A stretch of DNA of 64,000 nucleotides from positions 11,198 through 75,197 of the forward strand of contig JAGCCZ010000054.1 in NCBI GenBank assembly GCA_017651425.1, written 5' to 3'. Positions within the stretch are counted from its first letter, which is position 1, and every line of letters starts with the position of its first letter. The notes below the pieces were generated by a model, which worked only from the letters and a program-made list of their open reading frames with translations, ran no database searches and was not told the DNA's origin. Positions 1-10,458 of this stretch are shown here, in pieces. A program made the position numbers and the translations under genes. Origin of the DNA: Bacteroidales bacterium (GTDB taxonomy: Bacteria > Bacteroidota > Bacteroidia > Bacteroidales > WCHB1-69).

Positions 1-1002
1 TGCCTGTGCCGACTTCCACAGGGCGGGATTTCGGTTTTTGCCATCACGGAGGATCTTGTCAACCAGCGCGTTGAAAGCCACAGTCTTCCTTGTGTCGGGA
101 ATGCAATAGCCCGCCGGATTCATATAATGGATGGCGGTATGATTCCGCTTGCGGATGCTATTGTCAAAATAGGTGTTGACAAATTCCTGCACCATGAACG
201 CAAAAGCCTTGCTGTCTGGATCTTTCTCGTAGATTTTCCGCAGCACTTCGACATCATAGTGCAGTCTCGGATCATAAAACCCGATTTCTGCGTATATAAT
301 GGCAGCCTCCGCATCACGGTTCACCCTTAGCAAAGCCCCTCCGTAGTAATTCAGGCACTGCTTCCGAAGCACACTCGTCGGCACCTGTTTCCCGTAGCGT
401 TCCCACAAGGTTATACATCCTTGATAGTCATTAATATAAAAGCATTTTCGCATCAACTGCAGCAGGAAGCGGTTGCGGATGTCCTTGTTTTTGCAGCTGC
501 GTATGGCGCTTTCATCCAAGGTCTCCACTCGTGAGATGCTTGGGTCGTGTTTGAGCAACTCCTTATCGTCAAACCAGCAGCGCGTTCCAGTCTTCACGCT
601 GTAATACCAAATCGACCACTCCCAGACCACATTTTGGACGTAGGCTGAGTCGGAAGCCTTCAGCAGTGTCCAATAGCGGAGAGCTTCCTCATCGTGATGG
701 TCGTAGAGATAACGAAAGAATGCATTATTCGTCTGTTCATTGAGCAGATACACATCATACAACGCTTTCTCCACGGCTTTGCGCGACACAGCCCCCTTGA
801 CGTATTTGTGCCAGAAAGTGATGTTCTCCTCTCGGAACGCCATATTGAGATTCTGCTGCCATTCATTATATGAGCTCCCATAGCCGCTGAAAAAGAGCCA
901 GTGCCATTGGGGTTCGACGGGATCTGGTTCGCAACAGGAGAACGCCCGTAAGCTGATGACAAACAACAGACTGCTAATCAAATATTTCCTTAAGTTCATC
1001 AT
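1..1002 (-). CDS. hypothetical lipoprotein, partial (3' end beyond window, at least 334 aa)
   Basis: Own reverse-strand translation from ATG at 1002 gives MMNLRKYLISSLLFVISLRAFSCCEPDP..., a signal peptide followed by Cys. The frame stays open for 334 codons down to base 1. It is missing from the ORF track only because no stop lies in the window. It overlaps the upstream gene by 29 nt. No family recognised. Confidence 0.7.
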   Translation of the reverse strand, partial: MMNLRKYLISSLLFVISLRAFSCCEPDPVEPQWHWLFFSGYGSSYNEWQQNLNMAFREENITFWHKYVKGAVSRKAVEKALYDVYLLNEQTNNAFFRYLYDHHDEEALRYWTLLKASDSAYVQNVVWEWSIWYYSVKTGTRCWFDDKELLKHDPSISRVETLDESAIRSCKNKDIRNRFLLQLMRKCFYINDYQGCITLWERYGKQVPTSVLRKQCLNYYGGALLRVNRDAEAAIIYAEIGFYDPRLHYDVEVLRKIYEKDPDSKAFAFMVQEFVNTYFDNSIRKRNHTAIHYMNPAGYCIPDTRKTVAFNALVDKILRDGKNRNPALWKSAQA

Positions 1003-1996
1003 GATTGTATTTTGAAAGTTGATCGGAATCCAAATGATAAAGCACGATGGGCATTTTTCCATAGTTTTTCTCCACCATTGATTTGACTTCCAGAATGGTG
1101 GCTGCGGACACCTCTTCGTGGCGGATATACTTCACCATTTCATCGGGAATGTCATTGATGATTTCGAACATCCCGTCGCCCAAACATTTCAGTTTGGTGG
1201 TGTCATATACGTCAGAAGGGTTCTGGCTGCGGTTCAGCCGTCTGAATTTCTTTTTGCCGTCGAACTCCACATCCCAACTGTAGTCGGGAAGGGCAAGTTT
1301 CAGTGGCAGCTTATACTGGTTGAGATATTTCAGGTATGGCTGTACATCTTTGGCATCCAAGATGGCATTTCGAGTCTTGAAGTCCTTGAAGTCACCGGTG
1401 TTGTAGCACATCAGCACACCGTAATCGACCGCTGGAGGGGTTTGTGCGAGCTGGTGCAGCCTGATAGTGGAGGAGACGGCAACATCCTTTCCAAAGTACT
1501 TCTTCAACATTTCCCGCACATCGATGAGGAACTGGAAATAGGCCTCGCGGGTGCTTGTCGTCCAGTCGCAATCAAACTGCACCTCCTTGACTGGGATACT
1601 GTTTTTGAGGCACATCGCATATATCCGATGGGCCAGATGGTCGATAAACGTCTCATACTCGACGATGGCCTCCGGGGTGATGAAGACTACCGGCACGATG
1701 TTGAGGTCGGGAACGGGTTCGTCGAAAGGGAACGTGATGGTGGCCACAGGCTTGCACTTGTCGTGCTCGTTCCATCCATCGTTAGGCTCCACGTCGAAAA
1801 AACGGATGTACATCGTCTTGATGTTGTGATCGGTGAGGAACTGCTTCTCATAGTCATTGGTGTTAAACCATGTGCGCCAGTAATAGACAGCGTTCTCATC
1901 CGGGTTCAACAGGTTGTTAGGGTTCTTGTGCCGACAGCCCACCGGAATAACCAGCAGTACGGCGGCGAAGAGAAAGAATGTTGCAATACGATTCAT
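974..1996 (-). CDS. hypothetical lipoprotein
   Basis: ORF 974..2116. The internal ATG at 1996 gives MNRIATFFLFAAVLLVIPVGC, a signal peptide with a lipobox Cys. The longer 5' extension has no signal peptide. No family recognised. Confidence 0.7.
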   Translation of the reverse strand: MNRIATFFLFAAVLLVIPVGCRHKNPNNLLNPDENAVYYWRTWFNTNDYEKQFLTDHNIKTMYIRFFDVEPNDGWNEHDKCKPVATITFPFDEPVPDLNIVPVVFITPEAIVEYETFIDHLAHRIYAMCLKNSIPVKEVQFDCDWTTSTREAYFQFLIDVREMLKKYFGKDVAVSSTIRLHQLAQTPPAVDYGVLMCYNTGDFKDFKTRNAILDAKDVQPYLKYLNQYKLPLKLALPDYSWDVEFDGKKKFRRLNRSQNPSDVYDTTKLKCLGDGMFEIINDIPDEMVKYIRHEEVSAATILEVKSMVEKNYGKMPIVLYHLDSDQLSKYNHDELKEIFD

Positions 1997-2186
1997 AACG
2001 GTGGGGTTTAAAAACGGAGGCAAAAATAACACTTCATCCTGCAGGTTGCGCGAGAGCATCTCGCCCGTTGTATGAAATGGGATGGTTATTGTATGAAACA
2101 CATAGAGACGCGCCATGGCACGTCTCTACAGTTACAAAGGCGCTTTTCTTGGCGCCCTGATGTCTATCTTGGTTTAATAAAGAGGA

Positions 2187-3053
2187 CTACTTGCTTTTGG
2201 GCACCAACACAACGCGAAATCCGCAATCTTCATAGCGGGAATGGATGCTGCCGCGGTCGCGATAGGAACAGCGGCTGTACGGCGCCGCAAAGCTCCAGCT
2301 GCCACCCCTTTGCACGCGGTAGCTGCTTTCTTGCGCATTCATCGGATTGTTCCATTCCGAATTGGTGGAATAGTAGTTCTCGTCAAACCAATCCTCGCAC
2401 CATTCCCACACGTTGCCGCTCATGTCGAAAATGCCCAACTCGTTGGCCGATTTTGCCCTCACGTCGTGGGTCCGCTGGTTGCTGTTGTCATAGACCCATG
2501 CAATCTGCGGCAGGTTGTTGCTGCCGGAATAGCGTGTGCCGGCACTTTTCATTCCGCCTCTGGCGGCATACTCCCATTGAGCCTCGCTGGGCAGAGCGAA
2601 ACGGTAGCCCTGTGGCAGTTCCTCCGCCAGATATTTGTTCAGGCGAATGATGAAACGACGGCACTCCTCCCAACTCACCCGCTCCACTGGAAGAAAGTCG
2701 CCCTTCCAATAGCTCGGGTTGTTGTCACGTCCCATCACCGCCATCCACTGAGCCTGGGTGATTTCCGTCTCGCCAATGTAATAATCCGGCAGTGTCACAA
2801 AATGCGAGGGCACCTCTTCAGTCCGACAACTGTCATCCCTTTCTTCAATACAGCCCAATTGCAGATTCCCGCCTTTCACGAACACCATCGTTATCGCAAC
2901 ATCGTTCACACGGAACACACGGTTGTCCATGGTTTGTGTCTGTGCCGAAATTGTTCCCGTGTAAGAGGCAATCACGATGAAAAGAAACAACACAACCATT
3001 CTTCGATTTATATTTGAAAACTTTTCCATTGTTACTTTACTTATTATGACCAT
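2187..3053 (-). CDS. secreted FGE/SUMF1-fold (formylglycine-generating-enzyme family) protein
   Basis: 288-aa ORF with family motifs PVERVSWEE, AQWEYAARGG, GNVWEWCEDW and RGGSW. The N-terminus is hydrophobic (alternative ATG at 3029). Confidence 0.8.
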   Translation of the reverse strand: MVIISKVTMEKFSNINRRMVVLFLFIVIASYTGTISAQTQTMDNRVFRVNDVAITMVFVKGGNLQLGCIEERDDSCRTEEVPSHFVTLPDYYIGETEITQAQWMAVMGRDNNPSYWKGDFLPVERVSWEECRRFIIRLNKYLAEELPQGYRFALPSEAQWEYAARGGMKSAGTRYSGSNNLPQIAWVYDNSNQRTHDVRAKSANELGIFDMSGNVWEWCEDWFDENYYSTNSEWNNPMNAQESSYRVQRGGSWSFAAPYSRCSYRDRGSIHSRYEDCGFRVVLVPKSK

Positions 3054-3098
3054 TAATTAATAGGTAAATCAATCTGCTAACTTTTGAATGTACTTATG

Positions 3099-6000
3099 TC
3101 AAAACGCATACTTCACATGCAACAAAATCTTCCATGTGGAGGAGAGATTGTTATAAGCCTCCCATGTGGGCTGGGTGAAAGTGTATTCACTGCTCTCGTA
3201 TTTGAGCAACACATTGTTGTCAAGGACCTGATAGGTTCCCCAACGGTTGCAGAGGAGGTTGGTGAGATTGTGGAAATCCACACCGATTTCGAGGCTTTGC
3301 CGATGCCCCGAAACCTTGAAGTAAAACTCTTGGGCGACTTTGAAGTTGATACGGTTAACCCAAGGGGCTAAGCCGTCATTGCGTTTGGAATATTCGCCCC
3401 TGTGCTTGCTCAGATAGCGATTCCCGCTGATGAAATTCTCAAATGCGATTCGGTTCTCCTCGGAAGAGAAGGGCATCCCGGCCAGCTCTTCGGCCGTGGG
3501 GATGTACATCAGCTGCGGAGTGCCCAATCCGCTGACATTGTTGATGAGATACGAATATCGGGTGATGAAGTTCCCTCCGTAGAAGCCCATGTTTAGACCT
3601 TCATAGAAGATTCCGAGTTTGGTGGCGGTGTGCTCCCCTTCTTTGATGGTGTAGCCAAGGCTTGCAATCACACGATGTGGTGGCACGAATGCGGAATAGC
3701 CCAGTTCCGGACGGTTGCAGTCGTTGACCGTCGGTGTGTTGGCAAACGCCGAAATCTGGTCGCTCAATCCGTCATTGATGTTTGTGGCATAACTGAAGGT
3801 ATAAGCGGCCATAAGGTCGAGGCCGAAACGGAAGTGCTTGGCCAACTGGGCGGAAAGGGAGAAGTATTGCCCGTGATAATTCTTCACGTTGTGCAGATAA
3901 TAGCCGCTCATGATATCCCCGTTCCGGTTCTGGATATTCTCGCTTACATAGAATGTGCGGCCGTCAGGCTCTCCAGGCAACACGAAAGTGCCGTTTTCTT
4001 TGTACCCCAGAACAGTGGCGTAAATTTCATTAAGGTTGAACGAGTAGATTCCTTCAAGGGTGGCTTTGATGTCGCCGGGGATGAGGAGATCAAGGGCGAG
4101 GGAGGTCTTCCAGCTCGTCGGCATCTTCAGGTCTTTGGCCAAAATGGTGGCGTTGGTCGGGGCTGAAAGATCCTGTTGGCCGGAATAGACGCTGTTGATA
4201 ATCTCTTCCCTGTCTGGACTGAATTCCGGGACATCGGCCAGCGTGCTGTTGTTGGCGATGTATTGGAATTGCAGGCAGTTTGAGTTGCCTATGGCGCTGA
4301 CCAACCATACATTGGGAATGCGTCCGGTGAACAGACCGGATCCGCCGCGCAGGATGAGCTTGCGTTTGTGGGTGATGTCCCAATTGAAACCGACACGGGG
4401 CGAGATGTTCACATTGACTTTAGGATAGTTGGCGGTGCTGAGACCGGCAAAGGAACTGCCGGGATATGCGGCGGCGATACGTTCGAAATCTGCATTCCGG
4501 TTGTCATGCAAGAAGCGGATGACCGGAACTTCCAAACGCAGACCCGCCGTGAGTTTGAAGAATTTGCTGAATTCAATTTCATCCTGCGCATACATGGAGA
4601 CCTGGATGTGGTTGAAGGTGGGAAAAACCTGCTCGGTGGGGTTCTCGCTGTTCGCGTGAGTGATCATGAACAATGACGGACCGGCATCCCCCACATTGTT
4701 CACATCGTTGAGGAACGACTGCCAGGAGTCATAAACATACCAGCCTGCACCACCCTGCATGAAACCGTTCACCACATTGTTCCATTCGAATTGCAAACCA
4801 GTGAGGATGGAATGGATGCCCGTCTTATAGGTGAACTCATCAGTGGCATTGAGGGTGTGTACACGGCGCAAGTTCCCATAGGAGAACGGGTCTGGGCCGA
4901 AGGTGGTGAAGAATGCCAGCTGTCTGTTGCCATTCACATCGTAGTAAGGCTCCAGAATATCAACGGTCGGGAAGTCGCCGCCCATGTAGGTGCGTGGCTC
5001 GTTCTGCAGCGACCAGGTGAGGCGGAACACGTTGCCGCTCCGCTCGTTGAGCAGGCGGCTGTTCAGCTCAGCAGCAACGGTGGTGAAATCCATGATCTGG
5101 TTATAACGCACTGATTCAAACGGGATCGCGTACTGCGAAATGCGTCCGGCCGAATAGCGGTTAAATGTGTAAATGCCATCTGCGGTGGAAATTTCGATAT
5201 TGTCGCCACTCAACGGGCTCATGGAAGATGCACCGGAATTGGATACGCCGACATGGGTGTGGCTCACTCGGATGTGGAACAGATTGTATTCGTTGATGCG
5301 CCAGTCCAAACGAGCGAAAAGTTTGTAGTCGGGAGATTCGAAGGAATAGTTGTGGTAGCGACCGGGATCGTAGCCGAACCTGTCGTTCAGGAACTGTCGG
5401 ATATTGTCCATTTCCTCCACGGTGGGACGGTTATAGCCCGTGCTGCCACCGTAGCTGTAACTCTCGTCAGGACGAGCTTGGATGGAGGTGCCGGCAACGT
5501 GGTCCACCGTATATTCCCCGTTAAGGAAAAGGAAAAGTTTGTTTTTGACAAGAGGTCCGCCCACAGTGAACCCCGTCGTGTTGTTCAAGGTGCCGGAGCT
5601 GGTCAACAGGTAGTTGTCAACCTTCTGGCCTTGCAGTGCACTGCATGAGAAATAATCATAGACGGACCCCTTCCACCGGTTGGTGCCCTGTTTGGTGGTC
5701 ATGTTGATGGAGCTGCCTTGGAAGCCGCTGTGGCGGACGTTGAAGGGGGTTAAGTTGACATCGATCCTGTTGATGACTTCAATGGAGATAGGAGTTCCGC
5801 CGGCGGGGAGGCTCGACCCGATACCGAAGGCATTGTTGAAGCTGGCGCCATCCACGCATACCATGGAACTGCGGTAGTTTCCGCCACCGACGAAGAATCC
5901 GTCTTCGGCATAGCAGCTCTGTGGGGTGAGTTTCAGAAATTCATCCAGCGTGCGGTTCACATTAGGAATCATATCCATCACATGAGAGGTGAGATGCAAA

Positions 6001-6440
6001 CCCGCACCCGATCGGTTGATGTTCATGGAGGATCCGTTGCCGTACACGGTAACCTCCTCCAACCGCTTGGTTGCGGTGACAAGCTCCACATCCACAACGG
6101 CCGTCTCGCCCAACGGGGCTTCCACATCCTTGACAACATGTGTTTTATAATTAAGTCGTTCCACCCGTACTGTGTATGGGCCACCAGCCAGGATGTTGTT
6201 GATCACATAAATGCCCTTGTCATTAGTGATGCCGTAGAAAGGGATTCCGCTCGGATCATGCACAACAGTCACCACAGCGTTCGGCACCGAGTTCTGTCCG
6301 TCGCTGACATGGCCTGTGATGGATGCTGTAGTGACTTGGGCGGAAACGGCCAACCCGCTGAAAACAAGCAGGACGGTTAGCATGAAGCCCATGATGTTGA
6401 TGCTTTTCTTACTTGAAGGTTGTAGAGTATGCTTCATCAT
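3099..6440 (-). CDS. TonB-dependent receptor with CarboxypepD_reg-like N-terminal domain
   Basis: ORF 3099..6506. ATG at 6440 gives MMKHTLQ...GLAVSAQV (signal peptide). This is followed by ITGHVSD...YTVRVERLNY (beta-sandwich), a plug region and a long barrel ending in ...HVKYAF. No SusD-like gene is adjacent. Confidence 0.85.
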   Translation of the reverse strand: MMKHTLQPSSKKSINIMGFMLTVLLVFSGLAVSAQVTTASITGHVSDGQNSVPNAVVTVVHDPSGIPFYGITNDKGIYVINNILAGGPYTVRVERLNYKTHVVKDVEAPLGETAVVDVELVTATKRLEEVTVYGNGSSMNINRSGAGLHLTSHVMDMIPNVNRTLDEFLKLTPQSCYAEDGFFVGGGNYRSSMVCVDGASFNNAFGIGSSLPAGGTPISIEVINRIDVNLTPFNVRHSGFQGSSINMTTKQGTNRWKGSVYDYFSCSALQGQKVDNYLLTSSGTLNNTTGFTVGGPLVKNKLFLFLNGEYTVDHVAGTSIQARPDESYSYGGSTGYNRPTVEEMDNIRQFLNDRFGYDPGRYHNYSFESPDYKLFARLDWRINEYNLFHIRVSHTHVGVSNSGASSMSPLSGDNIEISTADGIYTFNRYSAGRISQYAIPFESVRYNQIMDFTTVAAELNSRLLNERSGNVFRLTWSLQNEPRTYMGGDFPTVDILEPYYDVNGNRQLAFFTTFGPDPFSYGNLRRVHTLNATDEFTYKTGIHSILTGLQFEWNNVVNGFMQGGAGWYVYDSWQSFLNDVNNVGDAGPSLFMITHANSENPTEQVFPTFNHIQVSMYAQDEIEFSKFFKLTAGLRLEVPVIRFLHDNRNADFERIAAAYPGSSFAGLSTANYPKVNVNISPRVGFNWDITHKRKLILRGGSGLFTGRIPNVWLVSAIGNSNCLQFQYIANNSTLADVPEFSPDREEIINSVYSGQQDLSAPTNATILAKDLKMPTSWKTSLALDLLIPGDIKATLEGIYSFNLNEIYATVLGYKENGTFVLPGEPDGRTFYVSENIQNRNGDIMSGYYLHNVKNYHGQYFSLSAQLAKHFRFGLDLMAAYTFSYATNINDGLSDQISAFANTPTVNDCNRPELGYSAFVPPHRVIASLGYTIKEGEHTATKLGIFYEGLNMGFYGGNFITRYSYLINNVSGLGTPQLMYIPTAEELAGMPFSSEENRIAFENFISGNRYLSKHRGEYSKRNDGLAPWVNRINFKVAQEFYFKVSGHRQSLEIGVDFHNLTNLLCNRWGTYQVLDNNVLLKYESSEYTFTQPTWEAYNNLSSTWKILLHVKYAF

Positions 6441-6495
6441 TAACGTGATTTTAACAATATTAAAAAGGATCTTGCAACACAGCAGATTTAAACGG

Positions 6496-6503
6496 CAAAA
6501 GTA
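6496..6503 (-). promoter_or_regulatory. Bacteroidota -7 promoter box (TACTTTTG on minus strand)
   Basis: caaaagta on the plus strand equals TAnnTTTG on the minus strand, 56 nt upstream of the receptor ATG at 6440. Confidence 0.45.
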
Positions 6504-6586
6504 CAAAATTTATATGGATGTGCAACAAATAGTTTTAAATCTCTTTTAAATTTATCCACAATGATGGGTGTTATGATTTTTTAATG

Positions 6587-6594
6587 TACATTTG
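6587..6594 (+). promoter_or_regulatory. Bacteroidota -7 promoter box (TACATTTG)
   Basis: Matches TAnnTTTG, 46 nt upstream of the dnaE ATG. Confidence 0.45.
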
Positions 6595-6639
6595 CAACCG
6601 CATTTCCTCCAATCGTTCAAACCTGATTAACCATTGAAT

Positions 6640-9600
6640 ATGAGCACTTTCACGCATCTACATGTCCACACACAATATTCCATATTGGACGGCATGTCCA
6701 AGATTCCAGACCTTGTGGACAAATGTCTGGATAATGGGATGAATGCCCTTGCGATAACCGACCATGGCAACATGTTTGGCATCAAAGAGTTTTTCGACTA
6801 TGTGGACAAGTTGAACGGTAAGACGCTCAAGCATATAGCGACATTGGAGCAAAATCTTGCCGTCATCAACGAGAAAGAGCTTCGTGAAGAGGCGGAGGCG
6901 AAATTGGCTGCCGCGCATGCACGCATCTTCAAACCGATTTTCGGCTGCGAGGCATACGTGGCGCGCAAGACAAGCACCAACCCCGAGGCAAGTCGTCTCG
7001 TGCGTGAGCAAAAGGAAAACGGCCGTGGCTACCACCTTGTCCTGCTGGCCAAGAACGAAACGGGGTATCACAACTTGTGCAAAATGATCTCTTCCGCCTG
7101 GGTGGACGGCTTCTATTATCAAGCACGCATCGACCGCTCGCTGCTCGAACAGTACCACGAGGGTGTCATCGTCTCCTCGGCATGTCTTGCCGGCGAAATC
7201 CCCACCGCCCTGAAGAATGGAGACTACGAGAAGGCCAAGGAGGCTGTGCTTTGGTACAAAAGCATCTTCGGCGACGACTACTACCTCGAGGTGCAACGCC
7301 ATCAGACCGACAAGCCCGGCGGCGACCGTACCGTGTATGAGCAACAGAAAATCGTCAACGAAGGCATCCTCCGCCTCGCGGCGGAGACCGGCACCAAGGT
7401 GATCGCCACCAACGATGCCCACTTTGTGAACGAGGAGGACGCCGAAGCCCATGACAGGCTGATCTGCCTCTCCACCGGAAAATTATATACTGACACCGAT
7501 CGTCTGCACTATACCAAGCAGGAATGGCTCAAAACCCCTGATGAGATGGCCGCCATATTTGCTGACATCCCTGAAGTTCTCGCCAACACGCAGGAGATTG
7601 TGGACAAGGTGGAGACATTCAAGCTGAAGCACCCCCCTATCATGCCGGTATTCGACATCCCGCAGGAATTCGGCACGGTGGAGAGCTATAAAGAACAATT
7701 TTCGCACGAAGATTTGGAGAAAGAGTTCGAAGCCGACAAGGAGGGCCAGGGGCGTATCCAACGGTTGGGTGGCTATGATCGTGTCTATCGTATCAAATTA
7801 GAGTCCGACTATTTGCGTAAGCTGACCATGGAAGGTGCCCACAAGCGGTATGGCGATCCCTTGTCCGATGAGATCCAGGAACGCATCGACTTCGAGTTGG
7901 ACGTGATGCGCAACATGGGTTTTCCCGGCTACTTCCTGATTGTGCAGGACTTTATCGCTGCCGCCCGCAACATGGGCGTCTCTGTGGGTCCGGGCCGTGG
8001 CTCCGCCGCCGGCTCCGTGGTCGCCTATTGCCTCAAGATCACCGACGTTGACCCTCTCAAATACGACCTCCTGTTCGAGCGTTTCCTTAACCCCGACCGC
8101 ATTTCCCTCCCCGATATTGATGTGGACTTCGATGACGACGGGCGCTACAAGATCCTCGACTGGATCACGCAAAAATACGGTAAGGAGCGTGTCGCGCACA
8201 TCATCACCTACGGCACCATGGCCGCCAAGTCGAGCATCAAGGATGTGGCGCGTGTGCAAAACCTGCCCCTTCAATTGTCCAACCAGCTCGCAAAACTCAT
8301 CCCCGCGCGCCTTCCAGACGACCCCAGAACGGGCAAGGCTCCAAAGGTCACCATCAAGAACTGCCTCAAGATGGTCCCCGAACTGGCAAACGAGTACAAC
8401 AACGGCGGCGAGGCGGTCAAGGAGGTCCTCGCCTACGCCTCCCAGCTCGAGGGCACCGTCCGGCAAATCGGCATCCATGCCTGCGGTGTCATTATCGGCG
8501 CCGACGACCTCACCAAGTTCGCCCCGCTCGCGACCGTCGAAGACAAGGAGTCCAAGCAGGATATCCTCGTCACCCAATACGAAGGATCTGTCGTGGAGGA
8601 CATCGGGTTGATCAAAATGGACTTCTTGGGACTCAAAACGCTCACCATCATCAAGGAGACCCTTTCCAATATCAAGAAATCGAAGGGCATCGACGTGGAT
8701 ATTGACAATATTCCGCTTGATGATCCGGAGACCTACCAGCTCTTCTGTGAAGGCGATACCGTGGCCACATTCCAATTTGAATCGGCAGGTATGCAGAAAT
8801 ACCTCAAAGAGCTAAAGCCCAGCAAGTTTGAGGACCTTATTGCCATGAATGCCCTATATCGTCCCGGCCCCATGGACTACATCCCGCAGTTCATCCGCCG
8901 CAAGCAGGGCGCGGAAGCAATTCAGTACGACATCCCCATCATGGAGAAATATCTCCATGACACGTATGGCATCACGGTCTATCAGGAGCAGGTGATGCTT
9001 CTGTCGCGCCTGTTGGCCAATTTCACCCGCGGCGAGTCCGACACGTTGCGCAAGGCCATGGGCAAGAAACAGCGTGACAAGTTGGAACAGCTCAAGCCGA
9101 AATTTATCGAACAGGGGACCTCCAACGGACACGACCCCAAGGTGCTGGAAAAGATCTGGGGCGATTGGGTGAAATTCGCCTCATACGCTTTCAACAAGTC
9201 GCATGCCACTTGCTACTCATGGGTAGCGTACCAAACCGCCTATCTCAAGGCGCATTACCGTGCCGAGTTCATGGCGGCCAACCTTACCAACAGCATCAGC
9301 GACATCGAGACCATCAGCACCTTCATTGAGGACGCCCTCAAGAAGAACATCCATGTGCTGGCTCCCGACATCAACGAGTCCGACCAGACCTTCACCGTCA
9401 ACCAAGCGGGCAATATCCGTTTCGGCTTGGCCGCATTGAAAGGTGTGGGCAGCAGCGCCGCCAACAGCATCGTGGAGGAGCGCCGCGCCCACGGGCCCTA
9501 CAAGGACATCTTCAACTTCCTCGACCGCGTGGATCTGCGCAGCTGCAACAAGCGCTGCATCGAGACCCTCGCCAAGGGAGGAGCCTTCGACAGCTTCAAG

Positions 9601-10458
9601 GACATCCACCGCGCACAATTTTTCCACACAGAGAAGGAAGGCGGCCCCACATTCCTGGACAAACTCATCACCTACACCACTCGCACGCACAGCGACGCCT
9701 CCCAATTCTCCATCTTCGACATGGACGAGAGCGTGCAGGAAAACGAACACATCGACTTCCCGGCATGCGAACCGTGGGGCAGCTATGAGCAGATCAAGTA
9801 TGAAAAAGAGGTCGCCGGCTTCTATATTTCAGGACATCCTTTGGACGAGTTCAAGCCCATCATCCAAAACTTCGCGACCGTCAACTTGTCGCAAGTCTCC
9901 GACCTCGACTACATGAAGAGCAAATTCGTGTCGGGGAAAGCCTTCTCCTTCGTGGCCGTCGTGACGGAGGCTGTCACTCGCCTCACCAAGAAGGGGAACG
10001 AATTCGGGGTCATCAATCTGGAAGATTACGAGGGATCGTGGAAATGGAATCTGTTTGGCGAGGAATACGCCAAATTCAAGCACCTGTTTGAAAACGGCAA
10101 GCGAGTGTTCGTCAGGGCCCGCCTCAAAACCAAGTCGTGGTGGAATGCAGAGACCAAGGAAGAAACCGTTCGCGTCGATGTCGAACCTATTGAGATCATC
10201 TGGCTGGAAGATGCCTACGAAAAACTGTGCCACGAGGTGCGTATCGTGGTCGGCCTCGCCGATATCTACCCCGAAATTGCCATACAACTGAATGATCAGC
10301 TCAAGAAATACAAGGGGAAGGTGCCCTTCTCGCTTCGTATTGTGGAAAAAGGCGGTGTCTTTTATTCCGACTTCCACAATTTCACGACCAATGTCAATCC
10401 TGAACTCCTATTGAAAAACCTGGAATTACCCATACCATTCAATATTGAACTCATTTAA
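6640..10458 (+). CDS. dnaE: DNA polymerase III alpha subunit
   Basis: About 1270 aa. PHP domain start FTHLHVHTQYSILDG, polymerase core and OB-fold C-terminus. The track start at 6634 is TTG; the ATG is at 6640. Confidence 0.97.
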   Translation: MSTFTHLHVHTQYSILDGMSKIPDLVDKCLDNGMNALAITDHGNMFGIKEFFDYVDKLNGKTLKHIATLEQNLAVINEKELREEAEAKLAAAHARIFKPIFGCEAYVARKTSTNPEASRLVREQKENGRGYHLVLLAKNETGYHNLCKMISSAWVDGFYYQARIDRSLLEQYHEGVIVSSACLAGEIPTALKNGDYEKAKEAVLWYKSIFGDDYYLEVQRHQTDKPGGDRTVYEQQKIVNEGILRLAAETGTKVIATNDAHFVNEEDAEAHDRLICLSTGKLYTDTDRLHYTKQEWLKTPDEMAAIFADIPEVLANTQEIVDKVETFKLKHPPIMPVFDIPQEFGTVESYKEQFSHEDLEKEFEADKEGQGRIQRLGGYDRVYRIKLESDYLRKLTMEGAHKRYGDPLSDEIQERIDFELDVMRNMGFPGYFLIVQDFIAAARNMGVSVGPGRGSAAGSVVAYCLKITDVDPLKYDLLFERFLNPDRISLPDIDVDFDDDGRYKILDWITQKYGKERVAHIITYGTMAAKSSIKDVARVQNLPLQLSNQLAKLIPARLPDDPRTGKAPKVTIKNCLKMVPELANEYNNGGEAVKEVLAYASQLEGTVRQIGIHACGVIIGADDLTKFAPLATVEDKESKQDILVTQYEGSVVEDIGLIKMDFLGLKTLTIIKETLSNIKKSKGIDVDIDNIPLDDPETYQLFCEGDTVATFQFESAGMQKYLKELKPSKFEDLIAMNALYRPGPMDYIPQFIRRKQGAEAIQYDIPIMEKYLHDTYGITVYQEQVMLLSRLLANFTRGESDTLRKAMGKKQRDKLEQLKPKFIEQGTSNGHDPKVLEKIWGDWVKFASYAFNKSHATCYSWVAYQTAYLKAHYRAEFMAANLTNSISDIETISTFIEDALKKNIHVLAPDINESDQTFTVNQAGNIRFGLAALKGVGSSAANSIVEERRAHGPYKDIFNFLDRVDLRSCNKRCIETLAKGGAFDSFKDIHRAQFFHTEKEGGPTFLDKLITYTTRTHSDASQFSIFDMDESVQENEHIDFPACEPWGSYEQIKYEKEVAGFYISGHPLDEFKPIIQNFATVNLSQVSDLDYMKSKFVSGKAFSFVAVVTEAVTRLTKKGNEFGVINLEDYEGSWKWNLFGEEYAKFKHLFENGKRVFVRARLKTKSWWNAETKEETVRVDVEPIEIIWLEDAYEKLCHEVRIVVGLADIYPEIAIQLNDQLKKYKGKVPFSLRIVEKGGVFYSDFHNFTTNVNPELLLKNLELPIPFNIELI

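Noticed and set aside
660-962. 100-aa minus-strand ORF starting with TTG
   Set aside because: It lies in a different frame inside the much longer edge-truncated ORF (1..1002), which has a proper ATG and a lipoprotein signal peptide.
1118-2011. 297-aa plus-strand ORF
   Set aside because: It lies entirely antisense to the 974..1996 lipoprotein gene. It has no signal or motifs and a Gly/Val/His-rich shadow composition. This is a typical antisense ORF in GC-rich coding DNA.
6658-10377. Series of long minus-strand ORFs inside dnaE (6658..7452, 7798..8775, 9217..9750, 9829..10377)
   Set aside because: All are antisense to an unambiguous dnaE reading frame. Their composition is repetitive and rich in Val/Gly/Asp/His/Leu, and no domains are recognisable.
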